DNA from: a bacterium
GTDB taxonomy: Bacteria > CLD3 > SB21
Length of the DNA stretch: 64,000 bases
Reading direction: 5' to 3'
NCBI GenBank assembly: GCA_013360215.1
Contig: JABWCP010000009.1
Span: 62,001 to 126,000 of the forward strand
Positions 1-14,008 of this stretch are shown here, one piece after another. How positions within the stretch are numbered: the stretch's first letter is position 1; every line of letters begins with the position of its first letter. The notes under the pieces are model-generated. The model was not told where the DNA came from. It was given only the letters and a program-made list of their open reading frames with translations, and searched no databases. The translations under genes were made by a program, and so were the position numbers.

Positions 1-695
1 ATGGTTTGTTCGCGTATACCCAACGTAGCGGGGGAAATCGTTTTACGCCCGTCAAATGCCAAACCGTCGTACGCTTCATCGCTGATCAGCCACAACTGAT
101 GCTGTTTTACAAAATCAACGACAGCCTGCCATTGTCGAGCATCCAACATTTTTCCTGACGGATTATTGGGCGAATTGACATACACGGCCACCGTTTTGGA
201 AGTCGTTGCATTTTTGAGCTTTCCGAAAATATCCATTTCCGGTTGGTCATATAAGTCCATGTACAGCGGAACTTCGACCACTTTTCCGCCCGCGGCACGC
301 ACCATTCCCGTAAAGAATGGCCAGCACGGCGTTAACACGATCACTTCGTCGCCGGGATTGATCAGAGTCATCATCGCCGCACTCAACGCATTGCTCGCTC
401 CGGCCGTCACTAAAACATGATCCCGAGTGGAAGTGATACCGTTGTCTTCGCTTACTTTTTCGGCAATGGTTTTACGCAGTTCATCCACGCCGTACGTGTT
501 GCAATATTTGGTCATATCACGGTGTGCCGATGTGAAATAGTCGGCCAAAGGCATCGCATACGGCGGCCATAACGCCGTATCTCCGATATGCAATTTAGCA
601 ACCGATGTCTGCTGTTTGATCAAATGACGGTATTTTTCGTACACCGATCCGGTAAGCTCTTTCACGCGTTCGGCTGTATGAGGATATTTTGGCAT
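1..695 (-). CDS. PLP-dependent aminotransferase class I/II (aspartate aminotransferase-like); 3' end runs off the window
   Basis: Not in the ORF track. Manual translation from ATG at 695 gives MPKYPHTAERV...LHIGD...YCNTYGVDELR...VTAGASNAL...NPGDEV...NSPNNPSG...LISDEAY, which are class I/II motifs. Confidence 0.9.
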   Translation of the reverse strand, partial: MPKYPHTAERVKELTGSVYEKYRHLIKQQTSVAKLHIGDTALWPPYAMPLADYFTSAHRDMTKYCNTYGVDELRKTIAEKVSEDNGITSTRDHVLVTAGASNALSAAMMTLINPGDEVIVLTPCWPFFTGMVRAAGGKVVEVPLYMDLYDQPEMDIFGKLKNATTSKTVAVYVNSPNNPSGKMLDARQWQAVVDFVKQHQLWLISDEAYDGLAFDGRKTISPATLGIREQT

Positions 696-786
696 GATGG
701 GAATAAAATTAATTAATATACAATGTCGTTATGTTTGATGCTTTGGAACTTTAACTTTATTGAAAATTTTATCGCATAAAAGTAAA

Positions 787-802
787 CATGACAATGCTCA
801 TG
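787..802. promoter_or_regulatory. Palindromic candidate operator CATGACAATGCTCATG (CATGA-N6-TCATG)
   Basis: Lies in the divergent intergenic region upstream of the acyl-CoA ligase. Same format as the perfect palindrome at 58952-58967. Confidence 0.45.
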
Positions 803-878
803 TATTTTGCCGCCGGAATGCATATATTTTTTGCGGTTCAAATTACTGATAAAACTACAACCCGCAAAGGAAAAAAAC

Positions 879-2987
879 GTGCACGCTCTTGACGCTATAT
901 TCAAACCCCGCAACGTCGCCGTGATCGGCGCTTCGCGCAAAAGCAAAACTATCGGCCATGAAATCATTCATAACCTCATCGAATGCGGTTTCACCGGCGC
1001 GATATATCCCGTCAATCCGAATGCACCGGCCATACATAGTATCAAAGCTTATCCGACCGTCAAAGATATTCCGGACGAAGTGGATCTAGCCATCGTCACC
1101 GTGCCCAAACAACTGGTACTCGGCGTCGTGGACGAATGCGCGGCCAAAGGAATCAAAGGTCTGATCGTCATCACGGCGGGATTCAAAGAAGTCGGCGCGG
1201 AAGGTGCGGCACTTGAAGATCAACTCATGGCCAAAATAAAAAAATACGATATGCGTATGGTCGGCCCTAATTGTATGGGCGTGATCAATACCGATGAACA
1301 CGTCAATCTCAATGCTACGTTTTCGCCGACCCAGTCGCGCTCCGGTAATATCGCATTCATTTCCCAAAGCGGCGCGCTCGGCGTAGCCATTCTCGAAAAC
1401 GCCGAATCGCTTGAACTGGGCATTTCCAATTTTGCCAGCATCGGTAATAAACCGGATATCTCCGGCAATGATCTTTTGGAATACTGGCGTGATGATTCGC
1501 GCACTAAACTGATATTGATGTACCTTGAAAGTTTCGGCAATCCCCGGCGCTTTATCGAAGTAGCGCGCAGTATTACGCGATTCAAACCGATATTGGCCGT
1601 CAAATCGGGACGTACCATGGCGGGAGCGCGTGCCGCATCGTCTCATACCGGCGCCTTGTCCGGTTCCGACACGATCGTGGACGCGATGTTTCGCCAATCG
1701 GGCGTGATGCGCGTATCCTCCATCGAACAGCTTTTTGATGTAGCAATGGCTTTTGACAAGCAGCCGCTGCCGCACGGTGATCGCGTTGCGATTTTGAGTA
1801 ACGCCGGCGGACCGGCGATCATGGCCACGGATGCGCTCGTAAGCAACGGACTAAAATTGGCCGAGTTTACACAACAAACCAAAACTGCGCTACGTCAGAT
1901 TCTTTCACCGGAAGCCAGTGTTAATAATCCGGTGGATACGACGGCCGGCGGTGACGCGCAGATCTACGGCAAAGCGCTTGATATTATCTGCAAAGATCCT
2001 AATGTGGACAGCGTACTGGCAATTTTTGTTCCACCGATCACAGTGTTTCTGCGCGACGTGGCCGAACAAATCGTCGCGATCAATAAACGTTTCCCCGATA
2101 AAACCGTGCTCAGTTGTTGTATGAGCCAGGAAAAAATTCACATCAGCTATATGCGTACACACGATATTCCGACTTATACATTCCCTGAATCGGCGGCGTT
2201 GGCGTTAGCGGCGATGAATGAACACCGTAAATGGCGGCTTAAGCAGGAAGGTACGCTGCGCAAATTTGAAGTTGATAAAGCCGCAGTCGAAAAAATCATT
2301 CGCGACTGTTATGCCGCAGGAAGAACGTATCTTTCGCAAGACGAAGTATTCGGTATTCTCCGTGCATACGGATTGCGCACGGCCTCCAGTACGATCGTCA
2401 AAACGGAAGCCGAAGCCGTAGCCTTTGCCGCAAAACTCAATAAGCCCGTCGTACTCAAAGTGCATTCGTCCCAGATCGTACACAAAACGGACGTAGGCGG
2501 CGTTATCATAGACCTGCGTACCGAAGCCGATGTACAGCGCGGTTATCAGACGATCATCAAAAATCTTACGGCGCACCATCTGCAAGACAAAATCGAAGGC
2601 ATGCTGGTACAAGAAATGGTTAAAGGCGGTAAAGAAATCGTACTCGGTATGAGCCGCGATCCTCAGTTTGGCCCGGTGCTCATGTGCGGCCTCGGAGGTA
2701 TCTACGTCGAGGTGATGAAAGATGTCGCGTTTAAAATCGCACCTTTGACAGATATCGATGCGCGGGAGATGATCGAGTCCTTGCGCAGTTATCCGTTGTT
2801 GCAAGGTATCCGCGGTGAAAAACCGGCGGACATCGCAACCGTCGTCGAATATCTGCAACGGCTTTCGCAATTGGTCACGGACGTGGAAGCGATCACTGAA
2901 ATGGATGTCAATCCGCTGATGGTATTTGAAAAATCCGAAGATTGCAAAATCGTAGATGCACGGATCAAATTGAAAGAACCCTCATAA
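879..2987 (+). CDS. Acetate/acyl-CoA ligase (ADP-forming), fused alpha-beta subunits
   Basis: CoA-binding N-terminus (VAVIGAS, GPNCMG), phospho-His motif SHTG, and C-terminal ATP-grasp (HKTDVGGV, FGPVLMCGLGG, DVNP). Probable GTG start at 879 after AAGGA; the track starts at 807. Confidence 0.9.
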   Translation: MHALDAIFKPRNVAVIGASRKSKTIGHEIIHNLIECGFTGAIYPVNPNAPAIHSIKAYPTVKDIPDEVDLAIVTVPKQLVLGVVDECAAKGIKGLIVITAGFKEVGAEGAALEDQLMAKIKKYDMRMVGPNCMGVINTDEHVNLNATFSPTQSRSGNIAFISQSGALGVAILENAESLELGISNFASIGNKPDISGNDLLEYWRDDSRTKLILMYLESFGNPRRFIEVARSITRFKPILAVKSGRTMAGARAASSHTGALSGSDTIVDAMFRQSGVMRVSSIEQLFDVAMAFDKQPLPHGDRVAILSNAGGPAIMATDALVSNGLKLAEFTQQTKTALRQILSPEASVNNPVDTTAGGDAQIYGKALDIICKDPNVDSVLAIFVPPITVFLRDVAEQIVAINKRFPDKTVLSCCMSQEKIHISYMRTHDIPTYTFPESAALALAAMNEHRKWRLKQEGTLRKFEVDKAAVEKIIRDCYAAGRTYLSQDEVFGILRAYGLRTASSTIVKTEAEAVAFAAKLNKPVVLKVHSSQIVHKTDVGGVIIDLRTEADVQRGYQTIIKNLTAHHLQDKIEGMLVQEMVKGGKEIVLGMSRDPQFGPVLMCGLGGIYVEVMKDVAFKIAPLTDIDAREMIESLRSYPLLQGIRGEKPADIATVVEYLQRLSQLVTDVEAITEMDVNPLMVFEKSEDCKIVDARIKLKEPS

Positions 2988-5174
2988 CATATCGCTGCGT
3001 TTGCGAATCCACCACTCAGCGCTGAGCAAAAGGATGATCAAAATCAAAAGCGCCGCGGCATTCCAGACGGGAATATTTTTTTCGCGTTCGAAAATCAACG
3101 GTTGAAAATTCATCACACCGGCAAGTGAATCTATACCGGATGAGGCAAAAAAACGCCCGCCGGAGGCCGATGCGATGGTCTGCAGTGTCCGCGCATTCAT
3201 CGCTGTCGAACTCATTTCCAGGCTAAATGCTTCAACGGTGACAGCGGTTTTATCCGTGCCAATCAATGCACCAAAACGTTCCGCCGAAGAAGTGATAGGA
3301 TAATCCCCCGGCATTAAGCCGTCCAACGTTATTTCGTATCTTCCGTTTCCGAGCGGCTGCATCGCATGCATATGGCTCGCGCTGCCGTTCTGCAAAGTCA
3401 CATTCACATTCGCATCGCTTATCGGGCGAAACTGTTCATCATATACCTGCGTTGTGAGCATCACCGCTTCACCGCTGCGATATACGGATTTGCCTGCGCG
3501 CACGATGACCGGTTTGGTATCATCTTTGGCCGCAAGCCACTGTACGCTTTGTTGAATAAACGCAGGATATACCGCGTTCGATTTATTTAAACCTTTGATA
3601 ATAAAATCCGCTTTCCAGAATCCATAGCCCGTAAAGGCTAATGTTTTTTGCTGCCGCAAGCGTTTGGTTATCAGCAGCGGAATATCGTTTCGTAAACGCA
3701 AGGTATTCGTGGCTCGCGACATATCTACCCGCGCAAGAACATCCGACTCTTCGGATGCCGCCACAGCATAACGGCTGATCCAAACCGGTGGCAGATCGGC
3801 CCACTGTCGCATGGTCTCTCCCGGATCGTCGGAAACGGCCACGATCGTGCTCTGGCTGGCCGATCCGCTCATACCGATAAAGACGGAGGATTCCTGCAAA
3901 CTCGCGTCCGGTTTAGCTTTGATGGGAAGTCGCGACTGAATGGATTGTAATCGCCCGACTTCGATATAGATTCCGAAGAATATGGCTGCACTGCGATTGT
4001 TATCGGATATGTCCTGCAGAAAGCGTTGTAACGTCGAAGGATCGGAAGTGTTCGTCGGATAGTCGTTAAAAATATAAACATCCGCTTCCGTCGGTGACGT
4101 TCGCCCGGGCGGTTGTTCCAACTCGGTTAGCGTCCCGTTTTTTTGTTCGACGTACGCACGTACGTCCAAATTGGGATTTTCGATAAGGACGCTGTAAATA
4201 AAACGATGATCCGGACCGGGCGCTCCGGAGATCAGTGTAACGGATGTTTTGTTTTTGAGAACACGTATGACGAAGGCGCGTTGATTGTTCCGATCGGATA
4301 ATTCGCCGAGCAAAGGACTTGCGCGCACCGTATATTTCTGATCACCAATTTCATCGGGTATGACATCCATCGTCACCTGCGTCAGCGCTCCGTCTTCCGG
4401 TAACACAACGATTTTGTTTTGCACGCGCTTTCCGTTGTGCAAAATTTCGACATCAATACGTTTTCCCTGATAGCCGTACGATGAAAGCGTCACGGTTACC
4501 GGGATCGTCGCTCCCAGATAAGCGGTTTCATTGTGTGAAATTTGAACAATGGCTACGTCGCGAGATTCCGCTGGATCGCCGATACCAAGCGTAAAAACCG
4601 GTACATCGGATACTTGAGCAAATCCACCAGGATCGCCGCCGATATTGTATTGGCCGTCCGTTATCATTACATACGCGGCCAGGTGTTTGCCTATAAACAG
4701 CGATTGGGTTTGCTCCAGCGCGGTACGCATATCGGTAGCATGGCCTGTCAAGGCTAGCGTATCGGATGGCTTATGATCGGACGGATATAAACGATCACTA
4801 AAGGTAAAATATCTGATATCCCACGCATCGGCATGATCCGCCCACATACGATGATCGAGTACGCCGCGCCGTTGCTGTTGGCGATCACCTTGCGCATCGC
4901 GAATGCTCATGCTTTCGGACGCATCAATCAATACCGCAACTATCGGTTTTTCTTTTTCTTCGTACTGCAAATCAAGTATGGGTTCAAATAAAATAAAAAA
5001 AGCAATGGCAAAAGCCGCGCTGCGCAAAATTATAAGAATCCGGCGACGAACTTGAGACACGGGAGGAATGGTTTCACGGTAGAGCCAAGCGGATAATCCG
5101 ACGGAAAGTCCGACAATCACGATGAGGAAAAAAACACTCCAGGCAAAAGTTAACTGTATCGAAGTATAAGACAA
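2982..5174 (-). CDS. Membrane-anchored VWA-domain protein with Ig-like and further extramembrane domains
   Basis: Two N-terminal TM helices, MIDAS DASES...TD...ITDG, and a C-terminal TM ending EWWIRKR. Confidence 0.75.
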   Translation of the reverse strand: MSYTSIQLTFAWSVFFLIVIVGLSVGLSAWLYRETIPPVSQVRRRILIILRSAAFAIAFFILFEPILDLQYEEKEKPIVAVLIDASESMSIRDAQGDRQQQRRGVLDHRMWADHADAWDIRYFTFSDRLYPSDHKPSDTLALTGHATDMRTALEQTQSLFIGKHLAAYVMITDGQYNIGGDPGGFAQVSDVPVFTLGIGDPAESRDVAIVQISHNETAYLGATIPVTVTLSSYGYQGKRIDVEILHNGKRVQNKIVVLPEDGALTQVTMDVIPDEIGDQKYTVRASPLLGELSDRNNQRAFVIRVLKNKTSVTLISGAPGPDHRFIYSVLIENPNLDVRAYVEQKNGTLTELEQPPGRTSPTEADVYIFNDYPTNTSDPSTLQRFLQDISDNNRSAAIFFGIYIEVGRLQSIQSRLPIKAKPDASLQESSVFIGMSGSASQSTIVAVSDDPGETMRQWADLPPVWISRYAVAASEESDVLARVDMSRATNTLRLRNDIPLLITKRLRQQKTLAFTGYGFWKADFIIKGLNKSNAVYPAFIQQSVQWLAAKDDTKPVIVRAGKSVYRSGEAVMLTTQVYDEQFRPISDANVNVTLQNGSASHMHAMQPLGNGRYEITLDGLMPGDYPITSSAERFGALIGTDKTAVTVEAFSLEMSSTAMNARTLQTIASASGGRFFASSGIDSLAGVMNFQPLIFEREKNIPVWNAAALLILIILLLSAEWWIRKRSDML

Positions 5175-5205
5175 AAGGCCTCGTTGTTCATTAATATATA
5201 CAAAA

Positions 5206-5931
5206 TTACCAATCTTTTTCCGTCTCGGAATCCGACTTGGCTTTATCTTTTATTTTCTTTTTTTGATAATCTTTTTCCTGATTTTTGAGCGCATCCAGTA
5301 ATTTTTCAGCCTCTTTTTTGGTCAAACCGGATTTATTCGGATCGGACTTCTTCTTATTTTGTTGTTCGTCGTTTTGCTGTTCTTCTTTGTTTTCATCCTG
5401 CGGTTGATTTTGATCGTCCTGATTTTTTTGATCCTGTTCTTTTTTTTCCTGCTTGGATTGATTCTTATCCTGATTTTTTTGAGGCGGCGGTTGCTGCATC
5501 TGCATTTGTTTCAACGCGTATTCTAAGTTTTTTCGTGCGTCGGCGTCATCAGGATTTTTACGCAGAACGTTTTTGTAACCCTCGATACTTTCTTTAAGCT
5601 TTTTCTGCTTGTATTGAATATTCGCCATGTTATATGCGATCTTATTTTTGAGATCGGCATCGCTCGTGTTTTCCAATGCGCGCTGATAAAATTTGATCGC
5701 TTCGTCATACTGCTCCAAACGGTACAGCGCATTGCCGGCATTGTAATTCAACTCCGGATCATTGGGATTATCATTGAGCAAATTTTTGTACGCTTCCATA
5801 GCGTGAAAATTATCGCCCCGATCGTAGAGCTGATCCGCCTGACGCCGGGCAAGGCCTGTTTGTGCCGATACGACGCCGGTGAGCGTAAGAATGATATAAA
5901 ACAGTAAATAGTTTTTCATATCCCGTCTCAT
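5206..5931 (-). CDS. BatC-like TPR protein with Q/N/D/K-rich linker
   Basis: Signal peptide, TPRs (YNAGNALY, YNMANIQY, ARKNLEYA), low-complexity linker, and C-terminal AEKLLDALKNQEK...EKDW. Confidence 0.8.
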   Translation of the reverse strand: MRRDMKNYLLFYIILTLTGVVSAQTGLARRQADQLYDRGDNFHAMEAYKNLLNDNPNDPELNYNAGNALYRLEQYDEAIKFYQRALENTSDADLKNKIAYNMANIQYKQKKLKESIEGYKNVLRKNPDDADARKNLEYALKQMQMQQPPPQKNQDKNQSKQEKKEQDQKNQDDQNQPQDENKEEQQNDEQQNKKKSDPNKSGLTKKEAEKLLDALKNQEKDYQKKKIKDKAKSDSETEKDW

Positions 5932-7691
5932 ACGGATTTTTTGGAACTGAGTTCCTTACGTAAATTATAAAAATAACGGAAAGTCATTATTACGACACCC
6001 ACCGTGAGCAGCAACAGTATCGCATCGGCGATCGTCAATGCCCAGTTGCGTGCATCCAAATAGCGTTTAAATAAAAGCGAAAGCGATGTAATGGTCGTAA
6101 GGCACATAAAAATCGCCGGGATCGCCGTAAACCAAAATGGGCGCGATTTCTGTATAAGCCATGCGGTAATAGCCGTCAGTGTAAGCGCCGCCAGCAGTTG
6201 ATTGGCTGAACCAAAAATCGGCCAAATCGCGGTGTATGCATTGGTAAAACCAAGCGCGATCATGCCGATCACGGGTACCAACGTATTAAAAAATTTATTA
6301 CGAAATATCGGATGGGGATTTTCCATCAACGTGAGCCACAATTCTTCAAAAAGATAACGTGTCAGACGCACGATGGTATCTATCGTTGTGACCAGAAATC
6401 CCTCGAGCAGAATAATACCAAATACCGTACCGTACACCACCGAAATACCAAGCCCTTTGTCTAAAGTATGCCCTACGCCGACGGCAAACGCTAATGGCGC
6501 ATTACCGGCTTTAGGGTTTCCAAATTCGTCATGCGGCCAGACGATGTCGTGATAATCCGTATAACCAAGCCCGCCCAATATGATGAGTGTCACGCAAATG
6601 CCCAACAACGCTTCCAGAAGCATCGCACCGTAACCGATCATCGGCGCATGTTTTTCGCTGCCTATTTGTTTGGATGTCGTACCGGTCGCGATCAGGGCAT
6701 GCGCTCCGGATACCGAACCGCAGGCAATTGTCACAAAAAGAAACGGCCACATATAACCAAGCGCCTGAAATGATTCTGCGGAAAAATTGAACGCCGGCGC
6801 GTCGATCACTACACCGGCCAAGCCGCTTCCGATAATACCGGCAACCATTACGACAATACCGAAGTATAACAACTGTACATTGGTAAAATCCCGCGGTTGC
6901 AAAACAAGCCAAACCGGAATCCAACCTGCGATAAAACAATAAGCGCAGATCACGATCATCCAAATTTTAGGATCAAGTGTCACGGGATAAACAAATCCTA
7001 CCCAAACCGAAACAAAGCAAAAAATAAAAGCCAGTAAGCTGACCGATAAAATACCGGATTCTTTTTTATAGAGAAGATATCCGATCAATGGCGCAACTAA
7101 GGTCATAACAATCACCGAAGTTGATGCGATGCCGCCGATGACACCTTTTAAAACGCCATTATCCGTAACCGTTTTTAAAATATTCTGATCTTCCGGTAAG
7201 CCAAATTCTTTTAGGGGGTACAGCGACGTGAGGGATACGGCGGTCAATTGTAAAAAAGCCGCGCAGACGAGAATGCAGAGCAATATGGCAAACGCTACAA
7301 AAAACAAAAATCCGGTTTTTCCAAGAGTACGTTTGGCAATCTCCGCGATGGATCGCCCGTCTTCACGAACGCTGACGAACAACGCTGAAAAATCATGCAC
7401 CGCGCCGATAAACGTCACACCTAAAATAATCCACAACCACGTCGGCATATAGCCGTACAACAAAGCCATCGTCGGACCTACGATCGGCCCGGCCGCAGCA
7501 ATGGATGCAAAATGATGCCCGAGTAATACGACAGGTTTGGTCGGAACAAAATCAACACCGTCATTTACCCGCTGCGCGGGGGTCGGTCGAGATACATCTA
7601 CACCCAACCACTGTGCAACACGGCTACCGTAAAAACGGTAAGCCAACCATAATGCACCGAGTGAAACCAGCATTGCTACGGCAATATTCAT
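5928..7691 (-). CDS. cstA: Carbon starvation protein A family transporter
   Basis: DGVDFVP, GHHFASIAAAGPIVGP, GAVHDF, QPRD, TIACGSVSGAH and WPIFGSANQLLA motifs; polytopic membrane protein. Confidence 0.93.
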   Translation of the reverse strand: MNIAVAMLVSLGALWLAYRFYGSRVAQWLGVDVSRPTPAQRVNDGVDFVPTKPVVLLGHHFASIAAAGPIVGPTMALLYGYMPTWLWIILGVTFIGAVHDFSALFVSVREDGRSIAEIAKRTLGKTGFLFFVAFAILLCILVCAAFLQLTAVSLTSLYPLKEFGLPEDQNILKTVTDNGVLKGVIGGIASTSVIVMTLVAPLIGYLLYKKESGILSVSLLAFIFCFVSVWVGFVYPVTLDPKIWMIVICAYCFIAGWIPVWLVLQPRDFTNVQLLYFGIVVMVAGIIGSGLAGVVIDAPAFNFSAESFQALGYMWPFLFVTIACGSVSGAHALIATGTTSKQIGSEKHAPMIGYGAMLLEALLGICVTLIILGGLGYTDYHDIVWPHDEFGNPKAGNAPLAFAVGVGHTLDKGLGISVVYGTVFGIILLEGFLVTTIDTIVRLTRYLFEELWLTLMENPHPIFRNKFFNTLVPVIGMIALGFTNAYTAIWPIFGSANQLLAALTLTAITAWLIQKSRPFWFTAIPAIFMCLTTITSLSLLFKRYLDARNWALTIADAILLLLTVGVVIMTFRYFYNLRKELSSKKSV

Positions 7692-7782
7692 GCGTTACTC
7701 CGACGAAATGTCCAAGGTTTGAAAATCCGTTTTAACAAACAGGTAAAATTTATTGATTAGTCTGTTTTTTTCACTAAGTATT

Positions 7783-11603
<3,821 letters not shown>

Positions 11604-13052
11604 TCAGGCCTTCAGTAAATTTCTAAAAAGACGTACACCGTAGCGCGCATAATTCAATAATACCTTCGGCGAATTGGCCGACCGTGCTGTTTTATAAATA
11701 TAGGACGGCGACAGATACAGACTTCTTAAACCCGATTTCCGGTATTCGACCAACTGATCCCGTGATAAAAAGAGACTGCCGGACGCCGGATCCGCAAAAT
11801 AGTCGTGACCGAGCGGCGCCGAAGTAAGCAAACCCATCGATTGAGCGATCGTATATAATTCCGTTCCTTCAAAGGGTGTGGCTAAGTGGATTTCATAAAA
11901 ATCACAAGCCAGTTCCCGTGCCAGCGCGATTGTGTCTCGGATGGTTTGATCATTGTCCCACGGAAGTCCGATCATGAAAAATCCGTACATCTTTAAGCCG
12001 CCTTGCCGAACTAAAGCCGCGGCACGTCTTGCATCCTCGACCGTGGCTTCTTTTTTCATTTTTTTCAAGACGTCATCGTTGCCGCTTTCAAAACCGAATG
12101 CGACCAGCCAACAACCGGCTTTTTTCATCCATGCCAAACGTTCCTCATCCACGGTATCTACACGGCTATTGGCCACCCAGGCAATGTTCAGATTACGACG
12201 AAGAATTTCTTGACACAGTGCGATAACAAATTTTTTATTGATCGTAAACGTATCGGCTTTGAAAAAAAAATTGCGAATACCATAGCGAGTAACGCATTCC
12301 TCCAGTTCATCTACGATATTTTGCGGGGAACGCGAACGGACGCGTGCACCGGAAATTGCGGGCGTCAAACAGAATACACACTGCGACGGGCAACCTCGTG
12401 CGGTTTGAATCGTAGCCTGCGCTTCACCGGTATCCGGACGGACGTACAGGTCGTTTTTTAGCAAATCTCTTGCCGGAAACGGTATGGCATCCAGATCGGT
12501 TTCAAACGCTTCGATGCGCGTGCGCTTCCATGTACCGTCAGGCAAACGAAATATAATATTGGGAATATCCTCGGGCGCTGTATGCGCGTGTAAACCTTCG
12601 ACCAATCCTTTTATTTCTGTTTCCGCTTCACCGACAAGAGCATAGTCCATCGCCTCGAAAACAGGTTCAGACAGACCACGCAAATCGCCCGCCCAAAACC
12701 AAGCGCCTTTGGCGACAGTAATTACCGAAGGATTATTTTTTTTAATTCGGCGAAATGCCTCCATATCGTCGCGCAGCGTAGCGTTGGTGATACTCATCAC
12801 GACAAGATCCGGATTGAGCGCAGAAAATTGTTTTTCAAAATCATCCCATGTGCAGCCTTCGGCCGGAAAATCGGTAATCGCACAACGGATGCCTGCCGCA
12901 CGCATAACGGACGCCATGTAGGCCAGATCGTTGGGTGCTCGAAGCGAAACCGCCGAAGAGGCCTCCACATTCGCTTGGCAACGGTCTTCGCCACGTTGGA
13001 AAAGTGCGCCGGGCGGATTAAAAAACCAAATGTGACGTATCGGTGATCCCAT
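11604..13052 (-). CDS. B12-binding radical SAM enzyme (class B methyltransferase/HpnJ-like)
   Basis: RGCPSQCVFC (CxxxCxxC), N-terminal cobalamin-binding-type domain, GEAE and GFESG. Start at 13052 makes a TAATG overlap with the upstream gene. Confidence 0.85.
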   Translation of the reverse strand: MGSPIRHIWFFNPPGALFQRGEDRCQANVEASSAVSLRAPNDLAYMASVMRAAGIRCAITDFPAEGCTWDDFEKQFSALNPDLVVMSITNATLRDDMEAFRRIKKNNPSVITVAKGAWFWAGDLRGLSEPVFEAMDYALVGEAETEIKGLVEGLHAHTAPEDIPNIIFRLPDGTWKRTRIEAFETDLDAIPFPARDLLKNDLYVRPDTGEAQATIQTARGCPSQCVFCLTPAISGARVRSRSPQNIVDELEECVTRYGIRNFFFKADTFTINKKFVIALCQEILRRNLNIAWVANSRVDTVDEERLAWMKKAGCWLVAFGFESGNDDVLKKMKKEATVEDARRAAALVRQGGLKMYGFFMIGLPWDNDQTIRDTIALARELACDFYEIHLATPFEGTELYTIAQSMGLLTSAPLGHDYFADPASGSLFLSRDQLVEYRKSGLRSLYLSPSYIYKTARSANSPKVLLNYARYGVRLFRNLLKA

Positions 13053-13996
13053 TATAGTCCTATGGGCAATGCCACGCGGTGAATAGCGACCATCATCAGC
13101 GCCGTCCATAAAATAACTGCGGCCATTAAGGGACGATCTGAGAGTATTAAGCGGGTATGATCGAGGCGTTCCTCATTGCGGTGTATCACGTAGATATAAC
13201 GCATCGTGCCGTAAAACACGACCAAGACCGTAGAGAGTATAATATATTCGTGTTGCCAGGTTCCCCGCGCCAAGATATAAAAAACATATGAACCGATAAC
13301 CGACGCGGCCGATAATAAAATCAGCATGTCTAACAAATACGGTGTATAACCGCGGGTGTGAAACGCTTCCGTACCGTCATAGACGATCTCATAACGGCGT
13401 TTACTAAATGCGATTAACGCGGACAGAAAAAAGGTAGTAACCAGCATCCACGTCCCGGTGGGTATATTCACAGCGGCAGCGCCCGCCCAAATACGAATCA
13501 CAAAACCCAAAGCGATGACCACCGCGTCCACGATCACCCATCGTTTCAAAAACCAGGTGTAACCGATATTAAGCGCCACATATCCCGCTATGACATAGGC
13601 CAACGCCGGTGCGAGTGCATACGCTCCCCCGATGGAAGCGAACGCCAGTATCGTCGCCATAAAAAGCGCATCATGCACCGATACCAGGCCGCGCGTTATG
13701 GGCCGAAGCTGTTTGGACGGATGACGCGCATCTTCTTCCCGATCCACCACATCATTAAAAAGATATACGGCACTGGCCGCCAAACAAAATAAACCAAAGG
13801 CTGCCGAAATGTACACTATCTGAACAGACGTCCATTCCGAAGCCGAGAACAGCAGCGGTACCAAAACAAAAATATTTTTTATCCAATGCAACGGTCGCAT
13901 GGCCGCCAGCATATTACGCCACAATGCACTCCGGGATGACTGGCGATGGGTTGCTTCGGAGCGGCCTATCTCTGTTTTGATTTCTGTGGGTTTCAT
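13052..13996 (-). CDS. UbiA-family prenyltransferase (decaprenyl-phosphate phosphoribosyltransferase-like)
   Basis: RPLHWIKN, NDVVDREEDARHPSKQLRP, KRRYE; multiple TM helices. Confidence 0.88.
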   Translation of the reverse strand: MKPTEIKTEIGRSEATHRQSSRSALWRNMLAAMRPLHWIKNIFVLVPLLFSASEWTSVQIVYISAAFGLFCLAASAVYLFNDVVDREEDARHPSKQLRPITRGLVSVHDALFMATILAFASIGGAYALAPALAYVIAGYVALNIGYTWFLKRWVIVDAVVIALGFVIRIWAGAAAVNIPTGTWMLVTTFFLSALIAFSKRRYEIVYDGTEAFHTRGYTPYLLDMLILLSAASVIGSYVFYILARGTWQHEYIILSTVLVVFYGTMRYIYVIHRNEERLDHTRLILSDRPLMAAVILWTALMMVAIHRVALPIGL

Positions 13997-14008
13997 AGAT
14001 ATAGTATT

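Noticed and set aside
879-2987. Protein lysine acetyltransferase Pat/YfiQ
   Set aside because: No GNAT domain, and the catalytic His (SHTG) is retained, which fits an active ADP-forming ligase.
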